From Spirochaetota bacterium (GTDB lineage Bacteria; Spirochaetota; UBA4802; UBA5550): a stretch of 64,000 bases of DNA. Position numbers and translations under genes: made by a program. The notes below the pieces were generated by a model that saw only the letters and a list, made by a program, of their open reading frames with translations, ran no database searches and was not told the origin of the DNA. This document shows, piece after piece, positions 57,792 to 64,000 of the stretch; positions within the stretch are counted from its first letter, which is position 1; each line of letters begins with the position of its first letter. The stretch lies in contig CAXXHB010000003.1 in NCBI GenBank assembly GCA_963664815.2, forward strand, positions 544,001-608,000, read 5' to 3'.

Positions 57792-58559
57792 TTGATAAAC
57801 TATATTCTTTATTTTGCAGCCGGTACTTTTGCCGGGAGCTTTTTTTATACTCTTGCAGAAAGATATTCAAACGGCATGATGAAGCAGAATCCTCTTAAAG
57901 CGCTTTTTTCGCGCTCTGTATGTATTTCATGCGGCGAAAGCATATCACCGGTTTACCTTATGCCGATTGCGGGATTTTTACTATCATGTGGAAAATGCTC
58001 GCATTGCGGGAAGGGCATTTATTTTATATATCCATTAATTGAGCTACTATACGGCATTATGGCATTAATGGTTGCGGTTTTTCATGGGACTGATCTTTTA
58101 TCATTTTTTATTTACCTTATTTCCTCTGTGCTGGTGACAATAGCTGTAGTGGATATCAGAACAATGAAAATTCCATTAAGCCTGATCCTGGTATTTTTTA
58201 TTCTATCCATATATCCCGTTGCTATGCGGAGTAATCTTTTCGACAGTTTGTACGGCTTCATTTTTCTTCTCCTTTTTTTCCTGGTTATTATGTTTATTTT
58301 TCCCGGCGCATTTGGAGGAGGTGATCTGAAACTTTATGCTGCAGCAGGGTTTCTGCTCGGTCTTGAAATGAGCATTGTGCTGCTTGAAGTTTCCTTAATC
58401 TCAGGTGCGGTTTTCGGAATTGTCTGGGGCGCATTAAAGGGCTGGAATTTCAGAATAAAGATACCTTTTGCCCCGTTTATTGCTGCGGGTATAATTATTA
58501 CGCTGCTTTTCGGTAATACGATTGTACTTCTATATTACAGGAGTATTTACGGATTCTGA
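57792..58559 (+). CDS. pilD: Prepilin peptidase (A24, PilD-like)
   Basis: TTG start; RS.C..C and C..C Zn motifs, YPLIE, catalytic VD and GGGDLKL, IPFAPFI. Confidence 0.9.
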   Translation: MINYILYFAAGTFAGSFFYTLAERYSNGMMKQNPLKALFSRSVCISCGESISPVYLMPIAGFLLSCGKCSHCGKGIYFIYPLIELLYGIMALMVAVFHGTDLLSFFIYLISSVLVTIAVVDIRTMKIPLSLILVFFILSIYPVAMRSNLFDSLYGFIFLLLFFLVIMFIFPGAFGGGDLKLYAAAGFLLGLEMSIVLLEVSLISGAVFGIVWGALKGWNFRIKIPFAPFIAAGIIITLLFGNTIVLLYYRSIYGF

Positions 58560-58618
58560 CAGATTCAGATTTAACATGGCAAGAGGCGGTCAGCCCCTTG
58601 CGGGAATCCCAAAGGTTT

Positions 58619-59644
58619 TTATTTAAACAACTCCATAATTCCTTTGCCGGAAGGATTTTCAATCACACCTTTTTCTGTAATAATGGCGCTGATATTCTCT
58701 GCAGGGGTTACATCAAAGGATGGGTTGAGAATTTTTATTCCCTCAGGCGCAATCTGGACGTTTTTAATATATGCAACCTCGTCAATATTTCTCTGCTCAA
58801 TTACTATTTTGTCTCCGGATTCGGTGTCAGGATCAAGGGTTGACAAGGGCGCTGCTACATAGAACGGGATTCCGTGTTCTTTGGCCAGTACGGAATGTGT
58901 ATATGTCCCTATCTTATTTGCAGTGTCACCGTTCCTGGCAATCCGGTCGGCGCCGACAATTACTTTTTTTATCATCCCGTTTTTCATGAAGAAGCCGGAC
59001 ATATTGTCGGTTATAAGGGTAACCGGTATATTGTCTTTCAGAAGTTCCCATGTTGTTAGCCTTGCTCCCTGGAGATAGGGCCTTGTTTCACAAGCGAATA
59101 CCTCAATCTGCTTTCCTTCTTCAATTGCTGCTCTTATAACTCCAAGAGCAGTTCCATAACCTCCGGTAGCAAGGGCTCCGGCGTTGCAGTGAGTCATGAC
59201 GATGTCTCCATCCTGTAAAAACCGGGATCCATTTCTTCCCATCTGTCTGTTGGCTTCAATATCTTCTTTAAGAATAGCAATGGCTTCGCTTTCGAATTTT
59301 TTTACCGCTTCATCAATATCATTTATCTCGGAAAGAACCTTCTTCATCCTGTTTATTGTCCAGAAAAGGTTTACCGCAGTGGGTCTTGTAGCAGCAAAAC
59401 ATTCAAAGACCCGGTTCATCTCCTGTTTGAATGACTGGATTGTGGTGCTTTTCATCTTTTTTGCGGCAAGGGCAATACCCATACCGGCAGCAATTCCAAT
59501 TGCCGGCGCTCCTCTTGTTTCCATTGATGTTATTGCCTCGGCCACCTCGGAGTAATCTGTATATGTATGGTATTCCTCTTTCGAAGGTAAAAGTCTCTGA
59601 TCTAAAATTGTTACTGAATCTCCGTTCCACCTGACTGTCTGCAT
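58619..59644 (-). CDS. mtnA: S-methyl-5-thioribose-1-phosphate isomerase
   Basis: LDQRLLP, RGAPAIG, RPTAVNL, THCNAGALAT, ETRPYLQGARLT, NKIGTY. Confidence 0.96.
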   Translation of the reverse strand: MQTVRWNGDSVTILDQRLLPSKEEYHTYTDYSEVAEAITSMETRGAPAIGIAAGMGIALAAKKMKSTTIQSFKQEMNRVFECFAATRPTAVNLFWTINRMKKVLSEINDIDEAVKKFESEAIAILKEDIEANRQMGRNGSRFLQDGDIVMTHCNAGALATGGYGTALGVIRAAIEEGKQIEVFACETRPYLQGARLTTWELLKDNIPVTLITDNMSGFFMKNGMIKKVIVGADRIARNGDTANKIGTYTHSVLAKEHGIPFYVAAPLSTLDPDTESGDKIVIEQRNIDEVAYIKNVQIAPEGIKILNPSFDVTPAENISAIITEKGVIENPSGKGIMELFK

Positions 59645-59657
59645 TGTTCCTCCATGT

Positions 59658-60575
59658 TCAATTATTTCTGTTTACCTTGTATTTCTTCATCCGGATTATA
59701 TTTCCCCTGCCATGCCATGTGACTTCATCCATATGTATTCTTATTATCAGAAGTCCTCTTCCGCTGTTTTTAAAGAAATTTTCAGGGTCTCTGGGATCCG
59801 GCAGTGTCTGATGATTAAATCCCGGGCCCTGGTCCTCTATTTCATAGAAAACATAATCCGGTGTCATTTCATAAGTGATTTTTACAGTTCTTTCTTTAAA
59901 GGGGGAGAGAGCTTTTCTTTTTTCGATTTCATTATTGAACTCTTTCATTCCACCAATGTCGCGGAGAGATGAATCAATTTCGAAATTACCATGATACATG
60001 GCATTTGAAATGGCTTCCTGGAGAGAAAGCGCAATATTGGCCGATGTTGTAAAATTAAAAAGGCCGGCGGGGACAAGATCTTTCGTATAATTAAAGGATA
60101 TTGTGTTTATCAGATCTCCGTCATTTGGGATCACAAGCATTGATTTTTCGTACTGCTTGTATTTTGCGAAGTTCTCTGAAAGTCGTTTCTCTGATTTTCT
60201 TTTAAGAATTGATCTTACGGATGAGGTGAGATCGTTTATGTCAAAAGGTTTACGTATGTAATCGCTTGCGCCGTATCTCAGGGCCCTTATCGCGTCTTCG
60301 ACATTACCATGTCCGCTTATAATAAGAACCGGTGTCGGTTCGTCCATACTGTTTATTCTGCGCAGAAGTTCAATGCCATCCATTTTACGGAGTTTTATAT
60401 CAGTTATGATAAGGTCTGCACTTTGTTCCGAGTTTTTCAGGTAATAGAGGAGATCTTCACCCTTTTCAAATGAAATTACGTTAAAGCCCATACGCGAGAG
60501 TTTTTTTTGTACGGTAATACGTATGACTTCTTCGTCGTCAACTACAAGTATTGTAGGCAGTATGTTTTCAGTCAC
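59658..60575 (-). CDS. Response regulator (REC) fused to an RsbW-like HATPase domain
   Basis: VVDDE, ITDIKL, SGHG, KPF receiver motifs; EAISNAMYHGN, IEDQGPGF, SGRGL ATP-lid motifs. Confidence 0.88.
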   Translation of the reverse strand: MTENILPTILVVDDEEVIRITVQKKLSRMGFNVISFEKGEDLLYYLKNSEQSADLIITDIKLRKMDGIELLRRINSMDEPTPVLIISGHGNVEDAIRALRYGASDYIRKPFDINDLTSSVRSILKRKSEKRLSENFAKYKQYEKSMLVIPNDGDLINTISFNYTKDLVPAGLFNFTTSANIALSLQEAISNAMYHGNFEIDSSLRDIGGMKEFNNEIEKRKALSPFKERTVKITYEMTPDYVFYEIEDQGPGFNHQTLPDPRDPENFFKNSGRGLLIIRIHMDEVTWHGRGNIIRMKKYKVNRNN

Positions 60576-60593
60576 TAAATTTTTCCTGTTAAG

Positions 60594-61820
60594 TTACTCT
60601 TTGATAATGCCAGCGTCGTTGTTTCCAAGGATCAGGTGCCCCATTCTGTCGCGTTTTGTTTCAAGATAAAACCTGTTTTCATCCTTCGGGGCGATTTCCA
60701 GCGGTATTCTCCCTGCAACCTCAAGGCCGTAACCTTCAATGCCGATTATTTTTTTTGGATTGTTTGTAATAAGACTGATTTTCCTGAGTCCGAGGTCGAC
60801 AAGTATCTGGGCTCCTATTCCGTAATTTCTCAGATCGGAAGGGAATCCCAGCTTAAGATTGGCTTCAACGGTATCCAGACCTGTATCCTGAAGGTGGTAT
60901 GCTTTGATTTTGTTTGCCAGTCCTATTCCTCTCCCCTCCTGACGTAAATAGAGGATTACCCCAAAACCATGTTTTTCAATATATTCCATTGCGCCGTGGA
61001 GCTGTGACCCGCAGTCGCATCTTCTTGACCCGAAAACATCACCTGTCAGACATTCAGAGTGGACTCTTACAGGAACAACTTTATCACCTTCAATGTCTCC
61101 TTTTATCAGTGCTACGTGTGTTTTATTCTCAACTTCAGCTTCAAAGGCAATTACCCTGAAGTTGCCGTGATCTGTAGGCATCTCTGCAGATGATATTCTT
61201 TTTACAAGGCGTTCTTTATGCTGCCTGTATTTAATAAGATCAGATATTGTCGCAATTTTTAATCCATGAGTTTCGGCAAATTTATCAAGGTCGGGCCGCC
61301 TTGCCATGGTGCCGTCATCATTCAGGATTTCGCAGATGACACCTGCCGGTTTAAGCCCGGCCATTTTCGGCAGGTCGACTGCTCCTTCAGTGTGCCCGGC
61401 GCGAACCAGCACTCCACCCTTTCTTGCTGCAAGAGGGAAAATATGTCCCGGCCTCCTGAGGTCTTCCGGGGCTGTTTTTTCATCAATCAGAGCCTGAATA
61501 GTATTTGATCTGTCCTGTGCCGATATCCCTGTTGTCGTTCCCTCTTTGGCATCAACTGAGACTGTGAAGGCTGTTCCGTATTTGTCTGTATTATCCTGTA
61601 CCATAAGCTCAAGGCCGAGTTTTGCAGCTCTTGTCTGTGTCATAGGGGCGCAAATAAGGCCTCTGCCGTATTTTGCCATAAAATTTATGATCTCCGGGGT
61701 ACAGTGCTCTGATGCAATAACAAGATCCCCTTCATTTTCTCTGTCTTCATTATCCACAAGGATAATCATTTTACCATTTCTTATATCTTCAATTACTTCC
61801 GGTATTGTACTTGATTTCAT
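60594..61820 (-). CDS. ribBA: Bifunctional DHBP synthase / GTP cyclohydrolase II
   Basis: [45 protein letters not shown]. Confidence 0.97.
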   Translation of the reverse strand: MKSSTIPEVIEDIRNGKMIILVDNEDRENEGDLVIASEHCTPEIINFMAKYGRGLICAPMTQTRAAKLGLELMVQDNTDKYGTAFTVSVDAKEGTTTGISAQDRSNTIQALIDEKTAPEDLRRPGHIFPLAARKGGVLVRAGHTEGAVDLPKMAGLKPAGVICEILNDDGTMARRPDLDKFAETHGLKIATISDLIKYRQHKERLVKRISSAEMPTDHGNFRVIAFEAEVENKTHVALIKGDIEGDKVVPVRVHSECLTGDVFGSRRCDCGSQLHGAMEYIEKHGFGVILYLRQEGRGIGLANKIKAYHLQDTGLDTVEANLKLGFPSDLRNYGIGAQILVDLGLRKISLITNNPKKIIGIEGYGLEVAGRIPLEIAPKDENRFYLETKRDRMGHLILGNNDAGIIKE

Positions 61821-62069
61821 ATTTATCCTCCTGAAGATAATAGGGACAGAGTTAATGTAGCCTTTATAATTTCAAATGTTTTTTTTAGGTCAACAGTAAT
61901 GGCATATGGTTATTAAACATAAAAGTGGCTTTTTTTCAGAGTTTTTCATATTTTTTATAGTAAATGATTTTATTTTTTATAGATTTATCTAAAAGGTCTG
62001 ACTTATAAATCAATTAATTGATATTCGGGGAAGGTGTTTTGAATTTTTATTGATTTGTAAGCTGTTTTA

Positions 62070-62720
62070 ATGAAAAAAAATATTAAGAGATTGATAATGG
62101 TTATTGAACAGATTGTAGTAGGGCACATGCTGGTATTCTGTTATCTTATAGGGGATGACGAAACAAAAGAGGCCATTCTGGTTGATCCATCTTCAGATTT
62201 CGAAAAAATAAATGCTTTAATAGACAAATACAAGTTTCATATTACAAAAATTATTAATACTCATGGACATTTTGATCATATAGGTGGGAACAGGTACTAT
62301 ATAAAAAAAACCGGAGCCAAACTCTTAATTCATGAAGCTGATTATTATTTTCTTGGGAAAAAAGTTAACAGGTTTATAGAATTTCTGAAAGGTGGGATCT
62401 CCGTTGAACATGAAGTGTGTCTTCTTCGTGATGGGGATGCAATTAACGTAGGCAATGCTGAAATCAGTGTGATTCATACGCCGGGACATTCGCCGGGGAG
62501 CATATGCCTGTATTTTGAAGGTAACCTTTTTACCGGAGATACTCTTTTTACCGAAGGACTTGGCAGAACCGATTCATCCGGCGGCTGCAGCGAAACAATC
62601 ATGAGATCAATAAAAAACCGTATATTATCTCTTCCGGATGAAACAGTTATCTGGCCCGGACACCATTACGGAAGATTTCCTGTATCAACTGTAAAAGAAC
62701 AGAAGAAATACTATATGTAA
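62070..62720 (+). CDS. MBL-fold metallo-hydrolase (glyoxalase II-like)
   Basis: THGHFDHIGG, HTPGHSPG, TGDTLF, PGH; the start may be the ATG at 62097. Confidence 0.9.
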   Translation: MKKNIKRLIMVIEQIVVGHMLVFCYLIGDDETKEAILVDPSSDFEKINALIDKYKFHITKIINTHGHFDHIGGNRYYIKKTGAKLLIHEADYYFLGKKVNRFIEFLKGGISVEHEVCLLRDGDAINVGNAEISVIHTPGHSPGSICLYFEGNLFTGDTLFTEGLGRTDSSGGCSETIMRSIKNRILSLPDETVIWPGHHYGRFPVSTVKEQKKYYM

Positions 62721-63065
62721 TCAATCCTCAATTATTACAAATGCTGCAGCATAGTCAGTATCATGACTGATAGATATATGTATTTTTTTACCGCTCAATA
62801 TATCAGGTATTTCCGAGATGAATGGCTTGCCTTTTTCATCGTTCAGTATTGTAGCATTGCTGAAGGGGAAAACTGTTCCTGATGCCTTAACTAATGCCTC
62901 TTTTACCGCAAAGCGTCCTGCAATAAACGATGCTTTTCCTGCGGAGGGAATTTTTTTTAACTCCTCTGCCGACAGTACTTTTTCAATAAACCTGTCGCCA
63001 TGGTCATCGATGCTTTTTTTTATGCGGGTAATGTTGACTATGTCTATGCCGGTACCTGTTATCAT
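62721..63065 (-). CDS. acpS: Holo-[acyl-carrier-protein] synthase
   Basis: GIDIV, AGRFAVKEA, GKP, ISISH. Confidence 0.93.
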   Translation of the reverse strand: MITGTGIDIVNITRIKKSIDDHGDRFIEKVLSAEELKKIPSAGKASFIAGRFAVKEALVKASGTVFPFSNATILNDEKGKPFISEIPDILSGKKIHISISHDTDYAAAFVIIED

Positions 63066-63991
63066 ATATTGTTCTCCATGGAATCAAGAATTCTGAATAC
63101 TTCATTTTTGTCAACAGCATTGACTATTGCCGACCTTGCTTTTGCGGCGTTTTTTATATCATGTATATATTTTACTGTATGTTTCCTCATTAAATGGATG
63201 GCTCTCTCCCCGAATTCATTAAACATAAGATCGAAGTGTTCCTTTACCTGCAGTAGAATTTCAGCTTCGTCTGGAGTCCTTCCGCTGAAAATCCATGGAT
63301 TCCCCAGTGCCCCTCTTCCTATCATAACCGCCCTGCACCCTGAGAATTTCATCATTTCATAGGCTTTGTCAAAAGAGTCAATATCCCCGTTTCCGACAAC
63401 AGGAACAGCCGAAGATTCACATATTTCCCGTATAATATTCCAGTCTGCCAGTCCGCTGTATTGTTGGGTCCTTGTTCTGCCATGGACAGTTATAAAGGTA
63501 ATTCCGGCTGTTTCAAGTGCTTTAACAATTTCCATGTAATTCAGTGATTTTTCATCCCAACCGATCCGTATTTTAGCAGTGACTGGAATGGATGTACTTT
63601 TAACTATACTTTCGGTAATGCGGAAGACTTTATCCGGATCTTTAAGAAGAAATGCGCCGTTACCAGAGCCGCAGACCTTTCTTGCGGGGCATCCCATATT
63701 TATATCTATTATATCCGGGTGCATTGATTCAACAATGGAGGCAGCTTCACCCATTATATCGGGTTTGTTGCCGAATACCTGTATGGCAATTGGGCGTTCC
63801 TCATTCGTGAAAGCAAGCATCTCCATGGTCTTCTTATTTTTTCTGACTATGCCTTCAGCGCTTATAAGCTCGGTCGTGGTTAATCCGCAGCCATGCCTTA
63901 TGCAGATTTTTCTGAATACGGAGTCTGTGTATCCTGCGATAGGAGCAAGGAGAAGGGGGGAGGTAAGCTTTATTTTTCCGAAATCTATCAC
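63062..63991 (-). CDS. dusB: tRNA-dihydrouridine synthase
   Basis: LAPIAG, DINMGCP, KIRIGWD, VHGRTR, GNGDI, MIGRGALGNPW. Confidence 0.92.
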   Translation of the reverse strand: MIDFGKIKLTSPLLLAPIAGYTDSVFRKICIRHGCGLTTTELISAEGIVRKNKKTMEMLAFTNEERPIAIQVFGNKPDIMGEAASIVESMHPDIIDINMGCPARKVCGSGNGAFLLKDPDKVFRITESIVKSTSIPVTAKIRIGWDEKSLNYMEIVKALETAGITFITVHGRTRTQQYSGLADWNIIREICESSAVPVVGNGDIDSFDKAYEMMKFSGCRAVMIGRGALGNPWIFSGRTPDEAEILLQVKEHFDLMFNEFGERAIHLMRKHTVKYIHDIKNAAKARSAIVNAVDKNEVFRILDSMENNI

Positions 63992-64000
63992 AGTTTTTTC

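Overview
This is an AT-rich, gene-dense bacterial chromosomal window, almost certainly from a spirochaete. FlaA and a P83/100-family protein indicate Spirochaetota, and OmpL1-like barrels, PldA and MlaEFD suggest a Leptospira-related lineage (inference). Most of it is housekeeping: a cobalamin/iron ABC importer, mlaEFD, carB, pyrR, trxB, speD, def, fmt, hisC, pyrD, ubiE, mtnA, ribBA, acpS and dusB. The region ~37-51.5 kb is a surface-protein cluster dominated by a 3213-aa lipoprotein built from near-identical 306/309-bp Ig-like repeats plus a C-terminal Asp-box propeller. A small-protein/nucleotidyltransferase pair follows it. The strongest candidates for undescribed biology are: (1) an aromatic/Pro-repeat exported protein with a PilZ gene heading an mlaEFD operon that has no adjacent mlaA/B/C; (2) an intact RsgA paralogue that has lost all GTPase motifs; (3) three tandem OmpL1-like paralogues; (4) the giant repeat adhesin; (5) a degenerate REP-like tandem array between def and fmt. 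I found no rRNA, tRNA, CRISPR array, integrase or transposase. All family assignments come from motif recognition by eye, with no database searches.
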